A stretch of 64,000 nucleotides of DNA from an uncultured Chloroflexia bacterium (GCA_963841135.1 CAWJBJ010000004.1:277306-341305), one strand, 5' to 3'. Counted from the first letter of the stretch, positions 28,782 to 38,875 are shown. Translations and numbers: made by a program. Notes: generated from the sequence alone by a model not told the origin.

Positions 28782-31051
28782 CGGGCCGCCGCCTCCACTT
28801 CGGCCTCGGACGCTGGGAGCCGGTTCCCGACGAGCCGTTCCAGCGCCGCGGGCATCCACCAGTTCCAGCGCCCGAGGAGGCGCATCGTGGCCGGCACCAG
28901 CAGCGCCCGAACGATCGTGGCGTCGAGCGCGACCGCGATGGCCATCCCGATCCCCAGGGCCTTGATGAGCACGATGTCGGCGAAGGCGAACGACCCGGCG
29001 ACCAGCACGACGATGAGCGCCGCCGACGTCACGATCCGGCCGCTCCGCTCGAGGCCGCTCGCGACGGCTTCGGTGTTGTCACCGGTCCGGTCCCAGACCT
29101 CCTTCATCCGCGTGAGGAGGAAGACCTCGTAGTCCATCGAGAGCCCGAACAGGACGCAGAAGAGGATGACCGGCTGGGTGGTCTCGACGAACCCGAGTGG
29201 CTGGAAGCCGAGGAGGGCCGAGAGGTTGCCGTCCTGGAAGATCCAGACGAGGGCACCGAAGCTCGCCACGATCGAGAGCGTGTTCATGACGAGCGCCTTG
29301 GCCGGAAGGATGACCGAGCGCAGCAGCACGAACAGGATGAGATAGGTCGTGATGATGATGAACACGGCGGTCCGCGGGAAGTCCGCCGCGACACGGTCGA
29401 CGACGTCGGCGACGTCCGCCGCGCCGCCACCGACCAGCACGACTGTCCCGTTCGGCGGGGCGAGCAGGCCGGTGGGATCGCGGAGGTCCGCGACCAGCGA
29501 TCGACCCTCGTCGCGGTTCGGCCCGAATGGCGTGTAGAGCGTGAACGCGGTCACGGCCCCGTTCGTGGTGGCGGCCAGTGTCTGCGCCACGTACCGGTCG
29601 CGTGGCCCGTTCGGGTCGGCATAGAGGAGCTCGTATTGCGCCAGATTCAGGCGCGGGTCCACGTCGACCAGGCCCTCCACGCGCACGATCCGTGGATCCG
29701 CCGACAGGCGGCGCGAGTAGTCGAAGAGCGCGGCAAGTTGATCGGGCTCCGTCGCCGCGGCCGGCGTCCGGATCGCGAGGACCAGCGGCGCGAACTCGCC
29801 CTCCCCGAACTCGGCGCGGAGACGGTCGAACGCGGCGCGCGACGGGACTTCCGGCGGCAGGATCGAGGAATCCGGCGCGTTGAACCGGACGTGCAGGAAC
29901 GGCGACCCGAGGACCAGCAGGAAGGCCAGCGTCGGCACCAGCACCGCCACCGGGCGGCGCATGACCCGGCGAGCGAGCCTCGACCACGGTCCGTCGGCGG
30001 CGGCCTGGGCGCGGACACGACGGATGCTGAACCGGTCGATCCGCTCGCCGACGATGGCCAGGACCGCGGGCAGGAGGGTGAGCGCCGACATCACAGCAAG
30101 CCCGACGACGATCGCCCCTGCGATCCCGACCGAGCGCAGGATCATGAACTCGAACAGGACCAGCCCGAGCAGGCCGAGCAGGACGGTCAGCCCGCTGAAG
30201 AACACCGCCCGCCCGGCCGTCGCGACCGTCACGCGCACCGCGTCGGGCACGCGCGCGGGACCCGGCGGTCGGAGCGCCAGCTCCTCGCGGAAGCGGCTGG
30301 TCATGAGCAGCGAGTAGTCGACGCCGAGCCCGAGACCCAGCAACGTGGCGAGGTTGAGTACGAAGATGCTCATCGGGGTGGCCGAGGCGACCAGGAAGAT
30401 CGCCGCCAACGCGACGAGGACCGCGGTCCCCCCGACGATGAGCGGCACGCCCGCAGCGACCACCGAGCCGAACACCAGCAACAGCGCCAGCGCCGCCAAC
30501 GGCAGGGAGATGATCTCGCTGCGCTGGAGGTCGGACTCGGACACGGTCTGGACGTCTCCGTAGAACGCCGGGCCACCGGCGAGCTCGACGGTCAGGCCGG
30601 GAGCGTCGTGCAGGCGCTCGCGCAGGATCGGCAGGGCGTCCGGCGAGTCGTCGGGCGGGAGGTCGAGGAACACGATGTCGTAGGCGGTGTGCCGGTCGGC
30701 CGAGACCTGCCGCGGCGACAGGAGATGCGACACGACACGGGCCACGTGCGGGGCGTCATCGATGTCGGCGATTGCCGTCGCCGCGGCGGTCTCGAAGGCC
30801 TGCGAGCCGACCTCGAGGGTCGGGCTGCTGAAGACGACCACGAGCGCCGAGGGCGGGCTGCCGAGCTCGGCCTCGAGCAGGGACTTCGCCCGTGCCGACT
30901 CGAGGTCGTCGAGGATGAACCCGCCGGCGCTCAACTGCCCGGGGACCTGCGGCGCGAGCGGGAGCGCGGCGAGGACGACGAGGACCCATGCCCCGACGAC
31001 CCACCACGCGCGGCGCGCGACGAACCGGCCGAGTCGATCGAATGGGGTCAC
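28778..31051 (-). CDS. MMPL family (RND) transporter
   Basis: LGLGVDYSL...RFREE, TAGRAV.FSG, FGLSMDYEVFL, D ATIVR..LVPA.M. Confidence 0.93.
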   Translation of the reverse strand: MTPFDRLGRFVARRAWWVVGAWVLVVLAALPLAPQVPGQLSAGGFILDDLESARAKSLLEAELGSPPSALVVVFSSPTLEVGSQAFETAAATAIADIDDAPHVARVVSHLLSPRQVSADRHTAYDIVFLDLPPDDSPDALPILRERLHDAPGLTVELAGGPAFYGDVQTVSESDLQRSEIISLPLAALALLLVFGSVVAAGVPLIVGGTAVLVALAAIFLVASATPMSIFVLNLATLLGLGLGVDYSLLMTSRFREELALRPPGPARVPDAVRVTVATAGRAVFFSGLTVLLGLLGLVLFEFMILRSVGIAGAIVVGLAVMSALTLLPAVLAIVGERIDRFSIRRVRAQAAADGPWSRLARRVMRRPVAVLVPTLAFLLVLGSPFLHVRFNAPDSSILPPEVPSRAAFDRLRAEFGEGEFAPLVLAIRTPAAATEPDQLAALFDYSRRLSADPRIVRVEGLVDVDPRLNLAQYELLYADPNGPRDRYVAQTLAATTNGAVTAFTLYTPFGPNRDEGRSLVADLRDPTGLLAPPNGTVVLVGGGAADVADVVDRVAADFPRTAVFIIITTYLILFVLLRSVILPAKALVMNTLSIVASFGALVWIFQDGNLSALLGFQPLGFVETTQPVILFCVLFGLSMDYEVFLLTRMKEVWDRTGDNTEAVASGLERSGRIVTSAALIVVLVAGSFAFADIVLIKALGIGMAIAVALDATIVRALLVPATMRLLGRWNWWMPAALERLVGNRLPASEAEVEAAAR

Positions 31052-31164
31052 GGCGCCATCGTAGTCGCGGACGCCGGAATCGACGGGGGCCGGTCAGCCC
31101 CAGCGGCGGCACCCTCATCTGCTAGCATCGCGCTGTCCACCAGGGTCGACCGCGTGAGGGCTCC

Positions 31165-31485
31165 GTGCAGTTCTTCCTCGTCTGGTTCCAGGAGCCGATC
31201 CCCTTCGGCATCTCCGCCGGCATCGTGATCCTGATGCTCGGGATCGTGCTCAAGTCGGCCCTCTCGACGGAAGGCGGATCCCGCTGGGTCCGGGCTGTCA
31301 CCAACCCGAACGCGCGCTTCCTGTTCGGATTCCTGTTCGTCGCCTGGGCAGTCGTATTCGGGATCGGCCTGCAGCTGGTCCCGCACGAGGGAGCCGGTTC
31401 GCCCTACGGCGCGCTGGGGCTGATCGCGCTCTTCAGCGGCTTCTTCATCATGATGGGCTTCATCTGGGCCGTGATCGGCGAGTAG
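31165..31485 (+). CDS. Small hypothetical 3-TM membrane protein
   Basis: 106-aa hydrophobic ORF with high-GC third positions. Confidence 0.7.
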   Translation: MQFFLVWFQEPIPFGISAGIVILMLGIVLKSALSTEGGSRWVRAVTNPNARFLFGFLFVAWAVVFGIGLQLVPHEGAGSPYGALGLIALFSGFFIMMGFIWAVIGE

Positions 31486-31645
31486 CCCGCACGCCCGTCA
31501 CGAGGACGGCTGCCGCGCGCGACGCGCGCTGTTCTGACTGAGGCATGGACCCGGACCGGACCTTCGGGCTATCATCGGCCGACTTGCAGACTGCATAGAC
31601 TTTATGCGTCTCAGGTCTCGCTCGAACTTCCGGAGGCCAGCCCGC

Positions 31646-33238
31646 GTGGACGCCCACGAGATCAAGTCAGCCGTCGCGCACCAGGATGCGGCTCGCGCCG
31701 CAGCCGAGCTGCCGTTCGTCAACCTCGCCGACCCGGCCCGGGTGCTCGGCGCGGACGGCCTGCCCGCCGTGAGCCGACGCGCCTCGATCTGGGCCGACAT
31801 CCCCGATGAGCAGTGGAACGACTGGCGCTGGCAGCTCAGCCACCGGGTCAACGACCTCGAGGAGATCGCGGCGGTCCTGAACCTGACCGACGACGAGCGT
31901 GAGGGCCTCTCGGCGCCGGACAAGTTCCGCGTCGACATCACGCCGTACTTCATCAGCCTGATCGACCCCGACGACCCGAACGACCCGATCCGACGCCAGG
32001 TCATCCCGACCGGCCGCGAGCAGCAGGCCTTCACCGCGATGATGGAGGACTCGCTCGCCGAGGACCGCCACTCCCCGGTGCCGGGCCTCGTCCATCGCTA
32101 TCCGGACCGCGTGCTGATGCTCGTGACGACGCAGTGCGCCAGCTACTGCCGCTACTGCACGCGCTCGCGCATCGTCGGCGACCCCACCCAGAATTTCAAC
32201 AGCCGCGATCACGAGGCGCAGCTCGAGTACCTGCGCCGGACCCCGCAGGTCCGCGACGTGCTCATCTCCGGCGGAGACGGCCTGACCCTGGCCCCCAAGC
32301 TGTTCGAGAAGATCCTGCGCGGGCTCCGCGAGATCCCGCACATCGAGATCATCCGGATCGGGAGCCGCGTGCCGGTGTTCCTGCCCCAGCGCATCGACGA
32401 CGAGCTCTGCGAGATGCTCGCGAAGTACCACCCGCTGTGGATCAACCTGCACTTCAACCATCCCAACGAGATCACGCCCGAGGTCTCGCGCGCGGTCGAC
32501 AAGCTGACGCGGGCCGGCCTCCCGGTCGGCAACCAGAGCGTGCTCCTCGCGGGCGTCAACGACTGCGTCCACATCCAGCGCAGCCTGGTCCACAAGCTCG
32601 TCGCCAACCGGATCCGGCCGTACTACCTGTACCAGTGCGACCTCGTCGAGGGGTCCGGGCACTTCCGGACGCCGGTCGGCAAGGGCCTCGAGATCATGGA
32701 GGGCCTGCGCGGGCACACGTCGGGCTACGCGGTCCCGACCTTCGTGATCGATGCGCCCGGCGGCGGCGGAAAGATCCCGGTGATGCCGAACTACCTGATC
32801 TCGTACAGCGACCACAAGGTCGTGCTGCGCAACTACGAGGGCTACATCACGACCTACGAGGAGCCCGAGACGTACCAGCGCCACGACTCGTCGGCGTGCA
32901 CGTACTGCCAGCACGAGCGCCCCGAGGCGGGACAGTCCGGCGTCCTCGGCTTGCTCGAGGGCGAGCGGATGTGGATCGAGCCGAAGGGGTTCTCAGAGGT
33001 CCACACGCGCGGCAACACCGAGGCCCACAGGCTCCAGGATCCGTCGAAGTGGGTGCCGTTCGGCGTCGGCGCGATCGAGGGGACCGTGGGGTCGGCGCTG
33101 CCTGTCCTCGAGGCCGGGGACGTTGTCGCCGAGGGATCGGCGAATGGCGCCGGCGATGCCCCGTCGTACGGTCCCGGCGAGGAGCCTCGGCCGCGCGAGG
33201 GCGAGCCGACGGCGTCCGCCCACGGAGAGCTGCTCTAG
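31646..33238 (+). CDS. kamA: Lysine 2,3-aminomutase (KamA family radical SAM/PLP)
   Basis: W.DWRWQL, HRYPDR, CASYCRYCTR, ISGGD, HFNHP, NQSVLL.GVND, PYYLYQCD, IDAPGGGGKIP; GGAGG before GTG 31646. Confidence 0.9.
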   Translation: MDAHEIKSAVAHQDAARAAAELPFVNLADPARVLGADGLPAVSRRASIWADIPDEQWNDWRWQLSHRVNDLEEIAAVLNLTDDEREGLSAPDKFRVDITPYFISLIDPDDPNDPIRRQVIPTGREQQAFTAMMEDSLAEDRHSPVPGLVHRYPDRVLMLVTTQCASYCRYCTRSRIVGDPTQNFNSRDHEAQLEYLRRTPQVRDVLISGGDGLTLAPKLFEKILRGLREIPHIEIIRIGSRVPVFLPQRIDDELCEMLAKYHPLWINLHFNHPNEITPEVSRAVDKLTRAGLPVGNQSVLLAGVNDCVHIQRSLVHKLVANRIRPYYLYQCDLVEGSGHFRTPVGKGLEIMEGLRGHTSGYAVPTFVIDAPGGGGKIPVMPNYLISYSDHKVVLRNYEGYITTYEEPETYQRHDSSACTYCQHERPEAGQSGVLGLLEGERMWIEPKGFSEVHTRGNTEAHRLQDPSKWVPFGVGAIEGTVGSALPVLEAGDVVAEGSANGAGDAPSYGPGEEPRPREGEPTASAHGELL

Positions 33239-33289
33239 CCCTGGTCCGCGTCCCCATCGCGAGCGGCCGTCCTCCGGTAGTCTCCGGCC

Positions 33290-34537
33290 ATGCGACGCCC
33301 GATCTTCTTCGGCTGGGTCATCGTGGTGGTCACCGCGGTGGTCCTCCTCGCGACCGCCGGCGTCCGCGCCGCGCCCGGAGCGTTCCTGCTCTCGATGCAG
33401 GACGAGCCCGGTTGGTCGACGAGCGCCCTGAGCTTCGCGGCCGCGGTCGGGCTGCTCACCTACGGGCTCGCCGGGCCGGTCTCGGGCCGGCTGATGGCCT
33501 CGTTCGGCATCCGCGGCGTCACGATGCTGAGCCTCCTCGTGACCGCCGGCGGGCTGATCTTCTCGGGGTTCGCCCGCGAGATCTGGCAGGTGACGGTCTT
33601 CTTCGGGTTCCTCTCCGGGCTCGGCAGCGGCCTGGTCGCGAGCGTCCTCGGGCCGACGATCGCCAACCGCTGGTTCATCAAGGACCGTGGGCTCGTCGTC
33701 GGCGTGTTCGGCGCCAGCGTCAGCGCCGGTCAGCTCATCTTCTTCCCGTTCCTCACGACCCTGGCGGTCACGTCCGGCTGGCGGGCGGGGGCGATCGTCA
33801 TGGCGGCCATCGCGCTGCTCCTGCTGATCCCGGTCTTCCTCTGGCTCCGGGACGATCCGTCTGACGTCGGCGCGCTGCCACGCGGCGCCGAGGCGGGGAC
33901 CGCCGTCGCGCCGGCCCCCAGACCGGACCCGGGTGTCATGCGTCGAGCGGTCCGATCCTCCGACTTCTGGTTCCTGGCCTCCACGTTCTTCGTGTGCGGG
34001 GCGACCTCCAACGGCCTGATCGGCCAGCACTTCATCAGCCATGCCGTCGACCACGGGTTCACCGCCCCGGCCGCGGCGGGCGCCCTGGCGGTCATGGGCG
34101 CGTTCAACTTCGTCGGGACGATCGCCTCGGGATGGCTGACCGACCGTCGCGACCCGCGCAAGCTGCTGCTGATCTACTACGGCTTCCGCGGCGTCAGCCT
34201 GCTGTTCCTGCCGTTCGTCCACGACTCGGCCGGGATCATGGCGTTCAGCATCCTGTTCGGCCTCGACTACATCGCGACCGTCCCGCCGACCGTCGCCCTC
34301 GTCGCCGACGCGTTCGGCCGGCAGAACGTCGGGATCGTGTACGGCTGGGTCTTCGCGGCGCACCAGCTCGGCGCGGCCGTATCCGCGTTCGTCGCGGGGA
34401 TCGTCCGCGAGAACGTCGGCGACTACGCCGCGGCGTTCGTGGCCGCCGGATGGATCGCGATCATCGCCGGGTTCGCCGCGCTGGCGATCCGCCGGCGGGT
34501 GCCGTCGGTCGACCCAGCTCCGGCGGGCGTGATGTGA
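33290..34537 (+). CDS. MFS transporter (OFA-like)
   Basis: About 12 TM; RWF...RG, FFVCG, GWLTDR..PR, YGWVF..HQLG. Confidence 0.9.
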   Translation: MRRPIFFGWVIVVVTAVVLLATAGVRAAPGAFLLSMQDEPGWSTSALSFAAAVGLLTYGLAGPVSGRLMASFGIRGVTMLSLLVTAGGLIFSGFAREIWQVTVFFGFLSGLGSGLVASVLGPTIANRWFIKDRGLVVGVFGASVSAGQLIFFPFLTTLAVTSGWRAGAIVMAAIALLLLIPVFLWLRDDPSDVGALPRGAEAGTAVAPAPRPDPGVMRRAVRSSDFWFLASTFFVCGATSNGLIGQHFISHAVDHGFTAPAAAGALAVMGAFNFVGTIASGWLTDRRDPRKLLLIYYGFRGVSLLFLPFVHDSAGIMAFSILFGLDYIATVPPTVALVADAFGRQNVGIVYGWVFAAHQLGAAVSAFVAGIVRENVGDYAAAFVAAGWIAIIAGFAALAIRRRVPSVDPAPAGVM

Positions 34538-34815
34538 GCAAGCGCAAGCGCAAGTCGCTCGGCCGGGCCATGGGCGCGGCGATCGTCGGGTTCGACTACC
34601 AGGTCTTCCGCTCGACCAAGCCACCGCCCGAACTGGTCGAGCAGGGCAAGCCGATCGCCCCGGTCCCGGCCGCCGACGGTGGCCGGATCAGCATCGACCT
34701 GCCCGAGGCACGCGCGAACGTCGGCGAGGATGGCGAGGAACGCGAAGACGCACCGTCGGCCTCCGGCGACGACCCGACCGACTCGGACGCCGGCGACGAG
34801 CGACCCGATGCCTAG
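34534..34815 (+). CDS. Hypothetical protein (93 aa, acidic tail)
   Basis: GTGA overlap with MFS stop; MSKRKRKSLGRAMGAAIVGFDYQVFR... Confidence 0.6.
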   Translation: MSKRKRKSLGRAMGAAIVGFDYQVFRSTKPPPELVEQGKPIAPVPAADGGRISIDLPEARANVGEDGEEREDAPSASGDDPTDSDAGDERPDA

Positions 34816-36185
34816 CTCGCCGACGCCACCAGGCTGAGCGCGCGGGCCAGTTGCGGGTCGTCGATCGTGTCGATGGCGGCCGGGGTCAGGTCGCGGATCT
34901 GGTCGGGCGTCATCGGAACGACGTCGCTGGCGCGCTCGACGACGACGTCGGGCGCGATGCCCTCGTGCCAGATGCGCCGGCCCTTGGGCGTGAGCCACTC
35001 GACCGTCCCGATCCGGAGCGCCGAGCCGTCGCTCAACTCGAACTCCCCGAGCACCGTGCCGGTCCCGAACGTCCCGACGCCCTCGATCGTGGCACGGCCG
35101 GCATCCTGCAGCGCACCGGAGAGGATCTCGGCGGAGCTGGCGGTCCCCTGGTCGACGAGCACGACGAGCGGCAGGTCCAGCGCGACTCCGTCCGGTGAGA
35201 CGGGATGGTGCGTCTCCTTGCCGTCGGCATCGCGTTCGATATAGACCTCGCCCGATCCGATGAACTGGCTCGCGATCCCGACGGCCTCGTTGACGAAGCC
35301 CCCCGGATTCCCGCGCAGGTCGAGGACCAGGCGATCGGCGCCCGCCGCCTTGATCGCTTTGAGGGCGATGACGACATCGTCCGCGGAGCCGTTGGAGAAC
35401 GAGTCGAGGCGGAGCAGCGCCGTGCGGCTGCCGGGCACCATCGCCCACGACACCGACTCGATCGGCACGTCGGCTCGGGTGATCGTGTACGTCCGCTCCT
35501 TGCCCTCGATGCCGGCCTGGACCGTCAGCTCGACCGATGACCCGGCCTCGCCCCGGATCCAGCCCGCCACCTCGTCGAGGTCATGCCCGGTCGTGGCCTT
35601 GCCGTCGACGCGCTCGATGATGTCGCCCGTGAGCACGCCTGCCTTCTCGGCCGGGCTGTCCTTGAAGACCCCGACCACGAGTGGGCGGCCGTCCTCGGCC
35701 GGGTCGATGCGGATCCCGATCCCGACGTAGGAGCCGGACAGCTCGTCACTTCGGGCCTTGCGCTCCTCGGGTGTCAGGAACGAGGTGTGGCCGGTGTCGC
35801 CGACCGCCTCGGTCAGGCCGTCGATGGCGCCGTAGGCGAGGGCCCGGTCGTCGAGCTCCGAGCGCCCGACATACTCGCGATGGATCGTGTCCCACGCCTC
35901 GCGGATCAGTCCGAACTCCGCCGCGGCTGTTTCCGGGGAAGCATCCGAGCCGCTCGTGCCGGCTCCGGGGAGCGGCGCGAGACGCCCTACGCCGATCCCG
36001 ACGGTGAAGGTCGCGATGAGCGCGATCGCAACGACTGCCGATCTGACCCAGCCACGGCGGGAGCCGGATTGACTCGGTCGCGGCGTGGCGATCACGGGGC
36101 CCGTCGCCGGCGGTGCCAGCGCGGGCGCCACGGTTTCGGCGGTGGGATTCGGCGGGTCTTGATCAGGGTTGATGGGAGGCTGCAT
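34812..36185 (-). CDS. S41 family carboxy-terminal processing protease
   Basis: GIGI PDZ, DLRGNPGG, TASSAEI, GTFGTG, WLTP.G, GI.PD. Confidence 0.92.
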   Translation of the reverse strand: MQPPINPDQDPPNPTAETVAPALAPPATGPVIATPRPSQSGSRRGWVRSAVVAIALIATFTVGIGVGRLAPLPGAGTSGSDASPETAAAEFGLIREAWDTIHREYVGRSELDDRALAYGAIDGLTEAVGDTGHTSFLTPEERKARSDELSGSYVGIGIRIDPAEDGRPLVVGVFKDSPAEKAGVLTGDIIERVDGKATTGHDLDEVAGWIRGEAGSSVELTVQAGIEGKERTYTITRADVPIESVSWAMVPGSRTALLRLDSFSNGSADDVVIALKAIKAAGADRLVLDLRGNPGGFVNEAVGIASQFIGSGEVYIERDADGKETHHPVSPDGVALDLPLVVLVDQGTASSAEILSGALQDAGRATIEGVGTFGTGTVLGEFELSDGSALRIGTVEWLTPKGRRIWHEGIAPDVVVERASDVVPMTPDQIRDLTPAAIDTIDDPQLARALSLVASAS

Positions 36186-36341
36186 CGCGCAAGCATGACG
36201 CGAGACGGTGAGCACCGGGTATCGGGACGATGAAGGTTCGTTCGCCGGAGGCGACGGGGCACGCCGCGACCGATTCCGGCGGGGTCAGTGTGTGACGCAA
36301 TCCGACCGGCCTCGTGATAGTCTGCGGACCCCGATACCCCA

Positions 36342-36839
36342 GTGAACCAGTCGGAGATCCCCGGACCCGTGACCGACGCTCCCGTGACCGATCGTTCGAC
36401 GCCGTCTGTCGGCCTCGGACCGCTGCGCGCCGCGCCAGCCGGCCTGCCCGACCCGAACATCGTCCCGCCCGCGGTGGCGGAGGCCGGGGACCCGTTCACC
36501 TCCGTCCGCGTCATCGATCTCCTCGCACGGATCCCACGCGGGCAGCCGGTCCGCGTGGCGGACATCGCTGACCGCCTCAACGCGACGTATCTCGACTGGA
36601 TCTTCCCGTCGCCGGTCGTCGCGGCGGTCGTCGTCCAACTCGCCTCGAACTGGATGGCGGACTACCGGAACGGTGCCGGTTTCGAGATCGAGGACGGGCC
36701 CTATGGCGCGTCGCTCACCATCGAGGACTCCTCGAGGGTCGATCCGTGGATCGTCCGGCAGGCGCAGCGCGAGGCCGCGTCCTGTACCGAGCGGCTCGCG
36801 GAGTTCAGCCGGCGCGATCGACTCACCACCGGCGGCTGA
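36342..36839 (+). CDS. Hypothetical protein (possible winged-helix)
   Basis: 165-aa ORF with coding-like codon usage; no family recognised. Confidence 0.65.
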   Translation: MNQSEIPGPVTDAPVTDRSTPSVGLGPLRAAPAGLPDPNIVPPAVAEAGDPFTSVRVIDLLARIPRGQPVRVADIADRLNATYLDWIFPSPVVAAVVVQLASNWMADYRNGAGFEIEDGPYGASLTIEDSSRVDPWIVRQAQREAASCTERLAEFSRRDRLTTGG

Positions 36840-36882
36840 CCCGAGCCGCGACACCACTCACGACGTCATCGCAGAGATCGAT

Positions 36883-37197
36883 GCCCCCGGAGCGGGCCAA
36901 GCACAAGGGAGGGGAACGACCCACGACCGATCAGGGCTACGCCAGCGCCGCCCGCACAGCGGGCCGAAGCACTAAAGGCGTCTGAAGCTGCCGGAGACCG
37001 GGCCTAAAGGTCGATCGCGACGAAATCTGGGCACGTTCCAGATGTGGCGCGAAACGGCCCCGCGATAGTCTCGGTCGAGACCGGGGCGAACGGCAGGTTC
37101 TCATCGTCACCCGCCAGGGACGGACGCCCGCCCCCGGAGCGGGCCAAGCAACAGGAAGGGGAGAGACCCATGACCGACCAGGGCTATGCCAGCGCCG
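36883..37197 (+). repeat. 68-bp imperfect direct repeat (36883-36950 and 37130-37197) duplicating the rhodanese RBS and first codons
   Basis: GCCCCCGGAGCGGGCCAAGCA...GACCCA(C/T)GACCGA(T/C)CAGGGCTA(C/T)GCCAGCGCCG. Confidence 0.9.
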
Positions 37198-38036
37198 ACA
37201 CGCTGGTCGACGCGACCTGGGCGCAGTCCCATCTCGACGACCCGGCGGTGCGCTTCGTCGAGGTCGACGTGGACACCACCGCCTACGAGCAGAGCCACAT
37301 CCCGGGCGCGGTGGGCTGGGACTGGACCAGCCAGCTGGCCGACGGCATCCGCCGCGACATCGCCTCGCGCGAGGACTTCAGCGCGCTCCTCCAGCACTCG
37401 GGCATCGGCCCGGACACCACGATCGTCCTCTACGGCGACAACAACAACTGGTTCGCGGCGTGGGCCTACTGGCAGCTCAAGCTGTACGGCCACCGCGACG
37501 TGCGGATCCTCAACGGCGGGCGCAAGTACTGGCTCGACCAAGGCCTGCCCCTGACCGTCGACGCGCCCGGCCACGCCGCGACGAGCTACCAGCTGCCCGA
37601 GCCCGACTTCGCCCTGCGCGCCTACCGCGACGACATCCTGCCGCGCCTGGGCGACGAGGGCCTTGCCCTCGTCGACGTGCGCAGCCCGGCCGAGTTCGCG
37701 GGCGAGATCATCGCCCCGCCCGGCATGGCCGAGACCGCCCAGCGCCCCGGTCACATCCCGGGCGCGGCCTCGGTGCCCTGGGCCCAGACCGTGCGCGAGG
37801 ACGGCACCTTCAAGTCGGCCGACGAGCTGGCCGCTCTGTACGAGGCCAAGGGCGTGACCCCCGACAAGGACGTCATCGCCTACTGCCGCATCGGCGAGCG
37901 CTCGAGCCACACCTGGTTCGTGCTGCACGAGCTGCTGGGCTACAAGCGCGTGCGCAACTACGACGGCAGCTGGACCGAGTGGGGCAGCCTCATCGGGGTG
38001 CCCATCGAGAAGCCCGCCGCCGTCGCCGTGAGCTAG
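37170..38036 (+). CDS. Tandem-domain sulfurtransferase (rhodanese, CysA/SseA-like)
   Basis: HIPGA, YGDNNNWFAA, LNGG, DVRSP.EF, YCRIGERSS, YDGSWTEW. Confidence 0.95.
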   Translation: MTDQGYASADTLVDATWAQSHLDDPAVRFVEVDVDTTAYEQSHIPGAVGWDWTSQLADGIRRDIASREDFSALLQHSGIGPDTTIVLYGDNNNWFAAWAYWQLKLYGHRDVRILNGGRKYWLDQGLPLTVDAPGHAATSYQLPEPDFALRAYRDDILPRLGDEGLALVDVRSPAEFAGEIIAPPGMAETAQRPGHIPGAASVPWAQTVREDGTFKSADELAALYEAKGVTPDKDVIAYCRIGERSSHTWFVLHELLGYKRVRNYDGSWTEWGSLIGVPIEKPAAVAVS

Positions 38037-38875
38037 AGGAAGCCCGGGTTCGGTAGGAGCCGGAGCGGGTCGACGAGGTCCGGATCGCTGGCGCACCACT
38101 GGTCGCGATCGGCGATCCGGATCTTCGCGTCCAGGAGGACGGGCACGACCGGGTGTGGGCCCGGCACGCAGCCCATCAGCCGTTCGCCGCCAGGGGCTGC
38201 CGCGTGCCACGCCCCGATCGCCGCGCGCACCGGATCGCCGGCCGGGTCGATCGAGACGTGGTCGAGCCACCGCCCAGGCGCGCGCCGGGCCCGCCGAGCC
38301 CAGCCGGCTGCAACCACCGACCCATCGTCGCGCACGACGAACCCGGCGCCGTCCGGCAGGCTCGCGTAGTGCTCGAAGTCCACTGTTCGATCGACGCCGG
38401 TCCACTCGAGCGAGTGACGGACGGTCTCCTCGATCGAGGCCGGCTCCCACTCGATCCGGTCTGGCCTGCGGCCCAGCGAGGCCACGTCGCCGACGAGATA
38501 CAACAACGGCCACCACGGCCGCATCCCCGAGCGGATGTAGATTCCGAGCGCGCGCTCGTCGGCAGAGCTGAACGTCATGCGGGCGGACGCGCCGTCGAGG
38601 GCGGCGTCGAGCAACAGGCGCCCGGCGCCGCGCTCATGGCTCTTCGGATCGACGAAGAGGTCGGTCAGGAAGCGGGCCGGCCCGACGTCGACGGCGCCCG
38701 CGAACCCGACCACCTCGCCCGCGACCTCGGCCACCGGGACCCGCGCCCGCCGCACGAGGTGCTCGAGGTACGGCCAGCCTGGAAGGTCCGGCCAGTCGAT
38801 CGGCTCGTCGTTCGCCTGGAGGACCGCGGCGATCGCCGGGATGTCGGCCGCGACGGCCGCATGGATCGTGGTCAT
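38033..38875 (-). CDS. GNAT family acetyltransferase
   Basis: VVGF, LTDLFVDP...RGAGRLLL, ALGIY.R.GM.P. Confidence 0.8.
   Translation of the reverse strand: MTTIHAAVAADIPAIAAVLQANDEPIDWPDLPGWPYLEHLVRRARVPVAEVAGEVVGFAGAVDVGPARFLTDLFVDPKSHERGAGRLLLDAALDGASARMTFSSADERALGIYIRSGMRPWWPLLYLVGDVASLGRRPDRIEWEPASIEETVRHSLEWTGVDRTVDFEHYASLPDGAGFVVRDDGSVVAAGWARRARRAPGRWLDHVSIDPAGDPVRAAIGAWHAAAPGGERLMGCVPGPHPVVPVLLDAKIRIADRDQWCASDPDLVDPLRLLPNPGFL

Noticed and set aside
37080-37170. SAM-I riboswitch upstream of the sulfurtransferase
   Set aside because: CTCATC is present but the GAGGGA/GCAACC/GTGC core and the P1 partner are missing.
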